This document shows, one piece after another, positions 26,021 to 37,172 of a stretch of 64,000 nucleotides of DNA (positions within the stretch are counted from its first letter, which is position 1; every line of letters begins with the position of its first letter). Below the pieces are notes generated by a model, which had not been told where the DNA came from, did not search any database, and saw nothing but the letters and a program-made list of their open reading frames with translations. A program made the translations under genes and the position numbers. The DNA is taken from NCBI GenBank assembly GCA_030390025.1, contig CM059433.1, positions 5,022,001-5,086,000 of the forward strand, in the 5' to 3' direction. The stretch is from Squalus acanthias. Lineage: Eukaryota.

Positions 26021-26580
26021 ATACTTTGTGGTAAGATACAAAATTATACAGAAGCAAAAATCAGCAGCACAGCACTTAACTCTCTCTTGTAATAAAAGTG
26101 TTACAAATTTCCTAGAATCCCTTTCAATGTCCTTATAACTGCGTCTTAGAAATTATTGGGCACTTCTTGCTGCATCTAGACACTGCATGTCTAAGTGACT
26201 TAGACATGCAGTGAATAACAAAATATTCGGGCTGCCGCTTAAATATATCACACACCTCTGAACTAAAGAGTCTTTTCCTTACTAAGCAAATTTCTTAGAA
26301 GCTCCAGATCTTTTTTTAACAGGCAGGTAAACTGAGTTTTATAGAATTGTATCTTCCAGGTATTTGAAGGTGAACTGTTGCCTCCTTCCCTCATTCTGCT
26401 TGATTACCAGATTTGTTTCTCTGGTTTGTTTTCCCCATAAACGGCCTGACTGGCATACCAAATGATAGTTGTTTTTAAAAAACCAGCTGGCACTGATGAC
26501 AAATTGTAAGATGTGGACTAATTACAGATATAAGACTGAGTACAGGTAATTGACAGCCTGGTAAAGACTGGCTAACAGCT

Positions 26581-26603
26581 CCACCCCCCCACCCCCCCCC
26601 CCG

Positions 26604-26654
<51 letters not shown>

Positions 26655-26662
26655 ACACACAC
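26581..26662. repeat. Poly-C tract plus (CA)n microsatellite
   Basis: ~60 nt almost pure C, then ~11 AC units. Confidence 0.95.
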
Positions 26663-27239
26663 TGCAGATTTTCTGATGGTAATAGCTAACTAGACACAAC
26701 AGATTCATAGAACTTGTGCATTTGCTTTGCTTACAGGCTGTCAAACCAAAAGAACAAAGAAAAACTTAATAGAAATAGGCTTCTGTTTTTTTTAAAAAAA
26801 CAAGATGCCTCGGTCTTGCTACAATTTAAATGAAAAGCTGTAAGATAGAAATTCTATCATTTGAGCTAGGTCTGTTCCCCATTTCCATCACAAAGAGAAT
26901 TTTAAATGGCATGTCACATAATGCATGACTTATTTCACAAGTGAAGAAGTTCTACAAGTGGCAACTTCATTGCATGCTTTTGAAGGCTTCATTTAAATAT
27001 AGGATAAGTTAGCCCTCCTGTATGCATCAATGCATACATGCACAGTATAGTTAGTCTGAGCCCGATAGACCAGGAAGGTCCCTGTTAATGATCCTATGTA
27101 TAGGCTAAGTTAGCTCACCTCAGCTGATCTGACAGTTGGATACAACAATTAGCCAAGTGTCTCTGCTGGAGAGGTGAAAACAGTCCTGCTGATTCATACT
27201 ATTCAGGGCTTCCTGAATAATAAGAACGAAAGGTAAGAA

Positions 27240-27506
27240 AGAACTTGCATTTACATAGTGCCTTTCACAACTTCAGGAGGTCCCAAAGTGTTTTGAGTTT
27301 TACAGTACTTTGGAAGTGTAGTCACTGTGGTAATGTAGGAAATGCAACATCCATTTTGTGCACATCAAGGTCCCTCAAACAGCAATGAGATTATGACCGG
27401 CGATAATCTGTTTCAGTGATGTTGGTTGAGGGAGAAATATTGGCCCAGGACACCGGGGAGAATTGGCCTGCAGTTCTTCGAATAGTGCAGTGCCATGGGA
27501 TCTTTT
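27240..27506 (-). mobile_element. Deu-domain SINE, partial
   Basis: Colinear with 36812-37075. Confidence 0.8.
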
Positions 27507-29139
27507 GTAAGAATGTCTGGGAATTAGGGATTGAGCACTGTTGCGATGATCTCTAGAGTTGAATAACTCACCAGCACTTAGTGTCCAGAATCACACTTCA
27601 AGATGACAGTTGGTTGAGGTACTGCCTGTGGACCCAAATTCTGGTTTGAATCAACATCAGTATAGTAGGGAAGAGGGTAGAAAATTGAAGGTAAAACTAG
27701 AGGAGAAAGAAAGAAGTTAATTGTTTATTTGTTTATTTCCTGCACAGAAAGGAGTGATAATGTTTAAAATCCAGTTGTCACCAGATAATTCAAATGCGTC
27801 AGACCCAGTGTGCTGTAGTGAAAATGGTTTCATGACCCGCTTCCAGCTTTATTGTTGTAGTTGCTACGGAACCTGCTTTTACTGGAAGGAGATCAGTCCT
27901 GTGCGCATATGTTACAAAGTTAGAGGAAGCCAGTAGAAGTAATAGGGGGGGAGGAAGGCAACAATCCAGCAACCCCACATTGTTATAATTACCAAAGACA
28001 GATATGTCTACATTGTAACGAGGCAGCATGGAACTGTGACTGAAACCACATGGTACATTAAAATATTTGTTTCCTCGATCTTTTACGCCGGGTATTTGCT
28101 TTACGCCACGATTGCACATGTCTCTGGATGCACATGAAATTCCACCCCAAAATTAGGCAAAATACGAATGTTCCATTCTGATTGTCTCACATACAAATGT
28201 TCTCATTTTTAAAAAGGACTCTTCTGCAGAGCCCACAATTACTCCATTGTATCCTAACTCGCACCAAGTCTCATTCACTCCTCATGCCTGTGCCCGCTGA
28301 CCTACATTGACTTCAGACTCAGCAATGCCTGATTTTAAAACTCTTCTTAAAAACATCCCTCTTTAACAGAGCTTTTGGTAACCTGTCCTAATGTCTCCTT
28401 CTTTGTATCGGTGTCAATTTTTGTTTGATAGCGCTCCTGTGAAGCACATTGGGATGTTTTACTACAGTGAAGGCGCTATAGAAATACAAGTTGTTGTTTG
28501 GTCAAAAATAAACAATTAAAAGCTGACAAGTTTCCCCTTTTTTTTTTTACATTCTCCATTTTACAAATTTCCACACATAATTGATGGGGATATATTCATC
28601 AAAATTAAAAAGAAAATTAACCTAATAAAAGTGGAACACAGCATCAGCAACATTTTGTATTTTATTCATAGCTAACTTCGATTAAAATGTGAACAATTTT
28701 TTTTAAATTTATATTATGACCGCTTCATCTTCCATTGTTGCTGCTGGTGCTCCCATGCTTAACGCCAACCCCGTGCTCCTCTGTTTAATTCCATCTTAAA
28801 TAAACTTTACAATTTAAGAATGTATTAGTTTACACAAATTCATCACAATTTTAAATGACTCATGAAGTTCAATTGCATTTTAATACTGATGCTTTCTGCA
28901 CTAAGCTGCATTTGAAGTTAATCTACTCCTGCTACCCTTATGCTCATAAGGGAAGTATTATATGAGAATTGGGTAAGTATTGTAACAGTACATTTATGGA
29001 TAAAATCATTTTAAAATCAGTAATGTTTTCAGAAGCATGTTTTGTGGAAAAGTTCCTGATAACACTGGTTTGTAGTCCAAGGTTTCCTTCTTTTTCTGTC
29101 CAAGTTCTCATTCATTCTCTGTCTCCCACTCCTCTTTTC

Positions 29140-29245
29140 TCGTGTGTGTGTGTGTCTCTCTGTCATACTATCTACCTCCCTCTCTCTCTTTCTCCCTCTC
29201 CCTCTCCCTCTCCCTCTCTCTCTCTCTCTTTTTCTCTTTCTCTCT

Positions 29246-29285
<40 letters not shown>

Positions 29286-29800
29286 CCATCAATCGTGTGC
29301 ACAAGCGCATGCATTTGCTCACTCCTTGTCTCTGTCTCCCCCACCTTCACTCGCTGTCTGTCTCTTTATTCTGACGAAAGGTCTTCGATGTGAAACGTTA
29401 ACTCCGTTTCTCTCTCCACAGATGCTGCCCGACCTGCTGAGTATTTCCAGCGTTTTCTGTTTCTATCTCAGATTTCCAGCATCCACAGTATTTTGCTTTA
29501 GTCTCTCTCTTCTGTTGGCTTCTCAATTTCTCTCTCACGCTCACTCTGTGTTTCCCTCCCACTCTCTCTCGCTCTGTATGTCTATTTCACTATCTGTGGG
29601 CATGTCTCTCTCACTCTTGTGCGTGCATTTCCTCTCTCTCAAGTGCCTGTGCACTTGCTACCTTCCACCCTCTCTCTCTTTGCCTCTGCGCTCTCTGCCT
29701 CTCGCGCCCTGCGCTCTCTGCCTCTCGCGCCCGCGCTCTCTGGCATGCCCTCTCGCTTTCTATGTCTTTTTCTATTCCCCCACCCACCTTCTCTATCTCC
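29140..29800. repeat. CT-rich low-complexity / microsatellite region
   Basis: (GT)n, (CT)n and (CCCTCT)n runs. Confidence 0.9.
29368..29500 (+). mobile_element. Penelope-derived short repeat with a degenerate minimal hammerhead motif
   Basis: CTGACGA-A-AGGTC-TTC-GATGT-GAAA-CG-TT-AAC; same family as 51676-51810. Confidence 0.7.
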
Positions 29801-30084
29801 TCCTGTGCAACAATCTCTTGGTAATTGGCAACATGGTTGTTCATGTATGAACCTCGACAGTGAACATCAGTGACCTACTTGACACTGCAGCCCATCACAG
29901 CTGTCTTCACCCTGGCATTCAACATACACTACAGACGTCACTGAATAGTGATCTGCAGCAAAAACTTGATTTATTTTTCTTCTATGCTTTGAACAGTTTG
30001 CGGTACCCTACTGAGATAGGCTAACCCGGCATTTATATTTGATTAACGTTGAAGATCATTAAGCTAGCTTTTTCTCCTTTGCAG

Positions 30085-30301
30085 TGAATTATGATGTTTC
30101 ATCAGCAAAAGATCTACTGTTACTAGCTAATTCAACAGAAGATCAACAGAAATGGGTGAGTCGACTGGTGAAAAAGATTCCAAAGAAACCTCCTGCACAT
30201 GATCCCAACTTCCACAGATCTTCGCCTAGGTCCTCAATGCGTGTTCCACCTAACCAATCCATGAGGCGGCCGAGCCGACAGCTTCCCCCAAACAAGCCTA
30301 G
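30085..30301 (+). CDS. ROCK2: ROCK2 penultimate coding exon (PH C-terminal half and tail)
   Basis: tttgcag|TGAATT...CCTAG|gtaaga; 217 nt, phase 1->2; VNYDVSSAKDLLLLANSTEDQQKWVSRLVKKIPKKPP...RRPSRQLPPNKP. Confidence 0.97.
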
Positions 30302-30596
30302 GTAAGATATTACTGATTTGTTCATTTTAAGCCTATTTCTTATACATCAGTGGGGATTTTGTACTGAAATATATTATAAGCTAATGCAGCCCTGTCTTTA
30401 AAAAGTTACATTCACTATCCTATTAACAGCGTGTTATTGTAACATTTAGAAAACTGAACATTATCTGCAGTTTCCAAATATGTGTGCTTTTCAGGTTTAA
30501 AAATGTGTGTCCCCACAATTATCTAAATTAAAAACAAATTAGTCCAGCTCTTGATTTTATAACCATTTTTAAATGTTGTCGCTTTGCCTCAATTGC

Positions 30597-30915
30597 CAGT
30601 AGTGGTTATATTATTGGACTAGCAACCCAAAGGTCCTGAGTTCAAATCCCACGGCAAGTTGTGAAGTTGAATTCAATAAATCTGGTAATTAGTGGACTAG
30701 CAACAGAAAAACATGAGTGTCCAAGCTGCCGATTGTCATAGAAACCCAGCTGCTTCATTAATGTCTTTCAGGGAAAGGAACCTGCCGCCCCTACCTGCTC
30801 TGGCCTACTTGGGACCCCAGTCCCACACTGCACAATTATCTCTTAATGCCCTTATGGCAACAGAGATGGGCAATAAATGTTGGCTTGCCAGTGCTGCCCA
30901 CATCCAAGGAACAAA
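30597..30915 (+). mobile_element. tRNA-derived SINE whose tail matches the LINE at 46499-47524
   Basis: gtagtggtt..gagttcaaatccc head; tail gatgggcaataaatgttggcttgccagtgctgcccacatcc. Confidence 0.7.
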
Positions 30916-33047
30916 TGTGTATATATATGTTTTTTTAAAACTACATTCGAACAGCTCTTCCTCTTGGGTTTCTCTCCTCACCACCCCAGCTTGCCTTTTA
31001 AATCATTTTTTTAAATTCAAAGGCATTCTTCATTTCGGCACACACGAGGTCCATCTTTGACTGAATTTTACAGTCTTTTAACATCCATCCAGTTTGCTCT
31101 TATTCTACAGCTAATATATCCCAGTATTGAAGCCAGATCTTCTCTTGTCAACAACCTGGTTACTTACTCTGTCCCTATCTCTCTCCTTTTTCCCCCCAAC
31201 TGCTGAAGCTAACATCCTAGAACCCTATCATCTCAAGTATGTTCTCTCTTTTCCATTTTGTATTCTTCAGTTTAACTAATTTCTACCCTTCCATTTCCAC
31301 AGAGCACCCCCATGTAAGATTGGTTTGGTCAGCCTGACTAGAGTTTCAGAAATCTAGTATACTCCTGTGCTGTTCATTGTAAAGGCTATCCTTTATTCCA
31401 TTTACATTCCCATATGTTAATTGTTGCCCCATTGAAAGTGCTATCTTACTTTTCTAGAATTGCAATACTGTTTGATTTGCCAATAGTAATGCTGCCAATA
31501 ATTTGTCCTACTGTTGGCCATTTAAAAATCCTTTGTTGATGTGGCCCTTATGTTGTGTAGTGCAACAATGTCATTGTGAAATGAAGGACACAATTTACAT
31601 TACACCAGTACAGCAAACCAGTTTAACTCCTCCCCCCATAATTCTGTTTCTCATTGAAATGTCCCAACAATTTGGATAAAAATTGTGGAGTCATACAGCT
31701 TTAAACTGCAATATCATCATTTTTAAATGTAAGAATTTGCTTTGACCTATGGAGTAGGAGACCCAAATTTGAACCTTGGTCTTAACTAGCAATTGCATTC
31801 TTCACAAGAGGGAGAGAAAACAGGCGTTTAGGGTTGGCAGAATTCAATCCCTTCATGCATCACTCAATTGTTCCTTCTGTGGTGAGCAGCATTCACAACA
31901 TCTTGGAGAAATCTGCAAGCTCGGTTATGCTATCTGAGCAGGAAGAATAGCCACGTCTAACTTTTAAACAGAGACGGCGGTGCACTAAAGTGCAGCACTG
32001 TGGAGCGATACCTGCAGGTCCTGACCTTTCGGTATCCCGCGAGCAAACTTTCAGTTGGTCTGCATGGGAAGGCACGGGCAGGAAGTGAAGCACTTCCTTG
32101 GAGGAAGGGTGGTCAAATTCACCATGCCACACTTCCCTTGATTTCCCAAGTGAACAGGAAAATTCCCACTCCCTTGGTCAGAAAATAATTCATGGCATGG
32201 GGGGAACCTAAAAAGGGTGGAAAAATAACTTAGAGAGGGGTTAAATGGTGCTTTTTTTTGAGAGAGAGGGGCAGCCAGGAAATACAAGTAACATGTCTGG
32301 GAGGATGTAATTGGAATTGTAAACTTTTTATTAAGGAACTGCATTAAAAATGTGTTCGTTTGCACCCTTAATTGTATCTGATTTCCTCCTTTGAAGTAAC
32401 TATTTGCTATCCAGATGGCTGGTGTTTCTAAACTATTACATTTTTAACCATCAAGCTGTCAGTTTACTCTTACACTCCATCCATTGCTAGCTAAGAGCTG
32501 ACAAAATTTAACAGTGGGAAGGAGGCATTGTTGGGGCTTAAAGTTGCAACCACTTAGTTGGGAGGCAGGTGCTACATCACCTGTGTTTCTGAATTGCCAT
32601 TTGAGTGTTTCTATAAAGAAATGAGGGTTGCTGTGATGCTCCTTGGACCTTCAGAACAGCAAACCACAACTGCAATTTTTGCATATTTCTATAGCATTCT
32701 TCATTACTTTAGTGTACAGTGAACCATTTTACTAATACTCCACATTTTGAAGTGTGAATGCAGCACTTTTCAAAAATTTGTCAATTTATCCAATCCCTCT
32801 CCTGAAACATCAACTCCCTTACCAGGATATATTTTCTGTGTATCCTCCTGGACCCTACTCAAGTAGCCATTACAGTATTAATGTGTGAGCCTTAACCGTG
32901 ATTGGCAGCAGGGAGCATCACAGCACAGTCTGACCCCGTTCTCGTGTGTCGCCCACTTCCACCAGGAATTGGTCGATAGTGATGAGGAGCAGAAGCTTTG
33001 ACTGATTTTTCCACTGCTTAATCCAGGCCAGTGAGACCACTTGTACT

Positions 33048-34268
33048 GCAAGTTACAAAATTACAAAGAGATATTGATAGATTAAGCGAATGGACAAAAC
33101 TGTGGCAAATGGATTTCAATGTAGGCAAATGTGAGGTCATCCACTTTGGACCTAAAAAGGATAGAACAGAGTACTTTCTAAACGGTGAAAAGCTAAAAAT
33201 AGTGGAGGTCCAAAGAGACTTGGGGGTCCAGGTACATCGATCATTAAAATGTCATGAACAGGTACAGAAAATAATCAAGAAGGCTAATGGAATGCTGTCC
33301 TTTATATCTAGAGTACAAAGGGGTAGAAGTCCTGCTTCAGCAGCTGTACAAAGCCCTGGTTAGACCACACCTGGAGCACTGTGAGCAGTCCCGGGCACCA
33401 CACCTTAGGAAGGATATATTGGCCTTGGAGGGAGTGCAGCGTAGGTTTACCAGAATGATACCCGGACTCCAAGGGTTAAATTACGAGGAGAGATTACACA
33501 AACTAAAGTTGTATTCCCTGGAATTTAGAATGTTGAGTGATTTGATCGAAGTTTTCAAGATATTAAGGGGAACAGATAGGGTCGATGGAGGAAAAAACTA
33601 TTTCTGCTGGTTGGTGAGTCTAGGACAAGGGGGCATAGTCTAAAAATTAGAGCCAGACCTTTCAGGAGTGAAATTAGGAAACTCTTCTTCACACAACGGG
33701 TGGTAGAAGTTTGGAACTCTCTCAAACGGCAATTGATGCTAGATCAATTCATTTTAAATCGGAGATTGATAGATTTTTGTTAACCAAAGGTTTTAAGGGA
33801 TACGGGGCAAAGGCAGGTACATGAAACTCTTTATTAACCGGCACCGACGGGACCGGCGTGGTGCCGGTTAATCAAAAAGTCTGGATAACGGAGAGTTATA
33901 TCTCCCAACGTACGAGAGCCCCGTACACATTGACATGCGCCTGCATTCGGAGCTCCGTCTCCCCGGGGACCGCCAGCTGACCATCTGTCGTGTCCGCTGC
34001 CTACCCAGGCTGCACATTCCCCTCCCAATCTACATGCTCCGATACAAGGCAAACGCCTCGGGGGTTTTTTTAATGTTATTTTTAAAGGAGAGATGAAGGA
34101 AAACCCCGGTTACCTACTCAAGAATTTTGCCGGTTAAGAGAGATTTCCGGTTATTTGGGTGCCGGTTAAAAGAGAGTTTCCTGTATATGGAGTTAGGTCA
34201 CAGATCAGCCATGATCTCATTGAATGGCTCGAAGGGCTAAATGGCCTACTCCTGTCCCTATGTTCCTA
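33048..34268 (+). mobile_element. CR1 3' portion, inserted in an old SINE and containing a MITE
   Basis: LQRDIDRLSEW..WQMDFNVGKCEVIHFG, LVRPHLEHC; tail gtccctatgttcctat. Confidence 0.9.
33820..34183. mobile_element. TcMar/Tigger-type MITE, copy 2
   Basis: TA|CATGAAACTCT..AGAGTTTCCTG|TA; terminal regions match 847-1199. Confidence 0.85.
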
Positions 34269-34476
34269 TCTAATGCTGATAGTCATGAAATCAGCTAACT
34301 TGACACAGACCAGTGACTGAAACTGGTACCTTCCCTGTCTGTATGGTTCTGCTGCTCATTTGATAAACTTGCTAAGCCACAGGGGAGCCATCCAGGTGCT
34401 TTCATATTATGTTCTTAATACCTCTCTTACATGTAAATATTTGCTTCCATTTCCATCTTTGTTGCTATTCTTGTAG

Positions 34477-34516
34477 CTCTGACTCTGGCCCCATTCTTCG
34501 AATCATCCTACATTGA
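34477..34516 (+). CDS. ROCK2: Candidate ROCK2 stop-containing cassette exon (exon 34477-34534), C-terminus ..NKP-SSDSGPILRIILH*
   Basis: Long pyrimidine tract ending cttgtag| at 34476; donor CCA|gtaagt at 34535; in phase 2 reads 13 aa then TGA (34514-34516); downstream (T)GCATG cluster. Confidence 0.45.
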
Positions 34517-35073
34517 CACATTTTAATAACACCAGTAAGTTGTAGAGGGTCACTTTCATTCTGCTTAGCATGTAGTCGACACTAATTTTAAGAGTTTCGT
34601 CTTCACCACACTTTGTCCTGCATGATATTTTTGCATCTGCACCTTCTTTGTAATCTGCATGCAAACTGAAATTATTATACTTTGACTTCCCAATTCATGA
34701 TTTGAACTGCAGTATCAGCCCTGCTTAGATCTTAATAGTCACCAGATCATACACCGACTAAAATTGTTATGTGTTCAGTCAGCTCTTGCATTTGTATAAT
34801 AAACATAAGTAACGCTGCAAATAATTTTAACCGTGTAATTTCTTCTGCGTTTGATGGAAGAATACATGACGTGTACTGTTTTTGATTTATTCCTGCCTCC
34901 TGAAGGCAGTGACTCAGTTCCACGGGCAGCTTTCTGATACCTCGTCTAATTGCCATTTTCCATATGTGGGTCTAGACAGTGGAGTTGTACAACTGGGGGG
35001 AAAAAAGTTATTCATTGTAAAGAAATGTAAAATATGAACACTGAATTTATGTGCATTCCCTGAACTGTTACAG

Positions 35074-35146
35074 ATTGCTTGATATGGCCTTTAAAGACTG
35101 GGACTGGCCGTTTGATGATGATGATGATGATGTGTTTGATTTTTGA
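35074..35146 (+). CDS. ROCK2: Candidate ROCK2 alternative last exon, C-terminus ..NKP-RLLDMAFKDWDWPFDDDDDDVFDF*
   Basis: ctgttacag| acceptor; phase-2 compatible with the exon ending at 30301; protein-like 24 aa; AATAAA at 35410 and a cluster at 35611-35626. Confidence 0.65.
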
Positions 35147-35610
35147 AGAAGTTGTTTTACCTGAATGGGGTAACCTATCTGCAGGTGCTGGGTTTGAAGT
35201 CTGCAGTGATGTTTAAATGAAGCATGGTTTGACTTGTGCACTACCAAAATTTTCAGTGAAAGCAGCAATTAGGAGAACATAGTATTGTAGCAGCAGACCG
35301 ATTGCTAAAATAGATACGGTATTTTAACCATACACATGCTTGACGGTTCCATTGTTTTTTTGGCCACTACAGGCCATGCAGTCTGATAATTCAGTGCCTG
35401 CTTTTCATCAATAAACTAGTGATGGGAATGTTTTATCCTAATAGTTTTCAAACCTAATTCAGCAGAAAATAGTGTGATTGGGGGGGAAAAAAAGACATTT
35501 TAAAAATTGTGTTTTATTAAGTTTTGTTTTTTGACACGCCGATCCTACTGCTTGATTAGAGATTCTCTGAAACAAAAAAAGTAAGGTGTTATCTTTTATT
35601 TACAGTTAAT

Positions 35611-35626
35611 AATAAAAATAAATAAA
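35611..35626 (+). terminator. Poly(A) signal cluster for the candidate alternative last exon
   Basis: Three AATAAA hexamers starting at 35611, 35617 and 35621; a further one at 35410. Confidence 0.45.
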
Positions 35627-36811
35627 CAATCTATGGATAATCTACAGTGAAATACCACCAAGAGTTAAATATATTGCAATTTTTTTATTGATGAAATGAC
35701 TGAACGATTTCTAGAGGATGGAATCAATCTGAGGTTTCTTTGGATCTGTGGTGACTTTTGTGACCTTGTTTTAAAAAATATATATGTCATTTGCTCAGTT
35801 TTCTGAATGTGCGGAAATTGTAGCAAGCTATTTTTGATCAACGTCCTCACTCCAGTTGGTTGGAGTGAAGGGAACAACTTTCACCATAGACGAGAGGCGC
35901 AGATAGAGGATTTCTTGTAACTTTGCCCACCAGTTCTGTCATAGATTCTGGAATTATAAGCGGAGAGGTTCAGCTCATTAAGATATCAAATGTACTTTAA
36001 AGTTCTGCAACTGTTACACTCATTAATTTGAAATTTCCAAAATACTGAATTTAACAGAAAAAGTTGAGGATCTTCAGAATGAAATATTTGGAGATTTCCC
36101 AGGGTGCGCTCAGGAAATTCCTCCTTTATGTGACCAGGGCATGGTAAACTAAAATATTTGGTGTGACCACAGTAATTCTTGCAGCTTATTAGTGAACCGT
36201 TGGTATAATTACTTGCAACATAATTGACTATTTGGTAGGAAAAATGTGCTACAAGAAGAGCAAAAGATGATTGGACACTTGAAGCAGTATTGGGCAGACT
36301 GTGCTAAAGTCAGCCCAGCACTCTCACCCAGCCAGTCGAGAATGTTCAGAGATTGAACGAAGTAGCAATTATCTTAGCCCCTAGCCTTCCAGATGTTAAA
36401 CAAAAAAACAATATTTTCTTTTATGCTGTATATTTGTATAGAGATTTTATGCATACTTAACAGAAATATTTAATTGGCTTTTTAATGAAATCTTCTCTAT
36501 TTAGTTTGAGAGAAGGTATTTGTCAGTCTGGATGTGCGCGTGATGCTTACCTGCTCTCAGTATTGGTCATGTATCTGCCACTGGTACATACAACACGCAT
36601 GTCTGTGTGTTTTAGTACAAGCATGCAAATTATAGTATCTGGTGTGTTGTTTTCACTGCATGTACTTCTATCTGTCAATTTGCATAGTTTTTAAGACAAT
36701 ATAAGGGGAGATTCTTTAAGTTTTATAAAAGCATCATGCTATTGATTTCAGAGAAAGAGGTCTCACCCTCTGGACGTTAATAAAGCTGCAGATGTAATTA
36801 TGAATTTAAGA

Positions 36812-37172
36812 AAGACTTGCATTTCTGTAGCGCCTTTCACGACCACCGAACGTCCCAAAGCGCTTTACAGCCAATGAAGTGCTTTTTGGAGTGTAGTCAC
36901 TGTTGTAATGTGGGAAACGCAGCAGCCAATTTGCGCACAGCAAGCTCCCATAAACAGCAATGTGAAAATGACCAGATAATCTGTTGTTGTTATGTTGGTT
37001 GAGGAATAAATATTGACCAGGGCACCGGGGATAACTCCCCTGCTCTTCTTCAAAATAGTGCCATGGGATCTTTTACGTCCACCTGAGAGAGCAGACGGGG
37101 CCCCGGTTTAACGTCTCATCCGAAAGACGGTCCCTCCGACAGTGCAGCGCTCCCTCAGTACTACACTGGAGT
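36812..37172 (-). mobile_element. Deu-domain SINE (SacSINE1/AmnSINE1 superfamily)
   Basis: - strand CCGTCTTTCGGATGAGACGTTAAACCG..AGGTGGACGTAAAAGATCCCATGGCACTATTT Deu core; L2-like tail. Confidence 0.85.

Noticed and set aside
28969..29850. Longest ORF in the track (293 aa)
   Set aside because: Stop-poor CT microsatellite plus a Penelope-derived repeat; no protein-like composition or exon structure
30302..30305. Intron-retention C-terminus (-NKPR*)
   Set aside because: The stop is simply part of the GTAA donor consensus; no supporting evidence
34890..34915. Another possible terminal acceptor (cctgaag|G CAG TGA giving -RQ*)
   Set aside because: AAG acceptor with no independent support from the sequence
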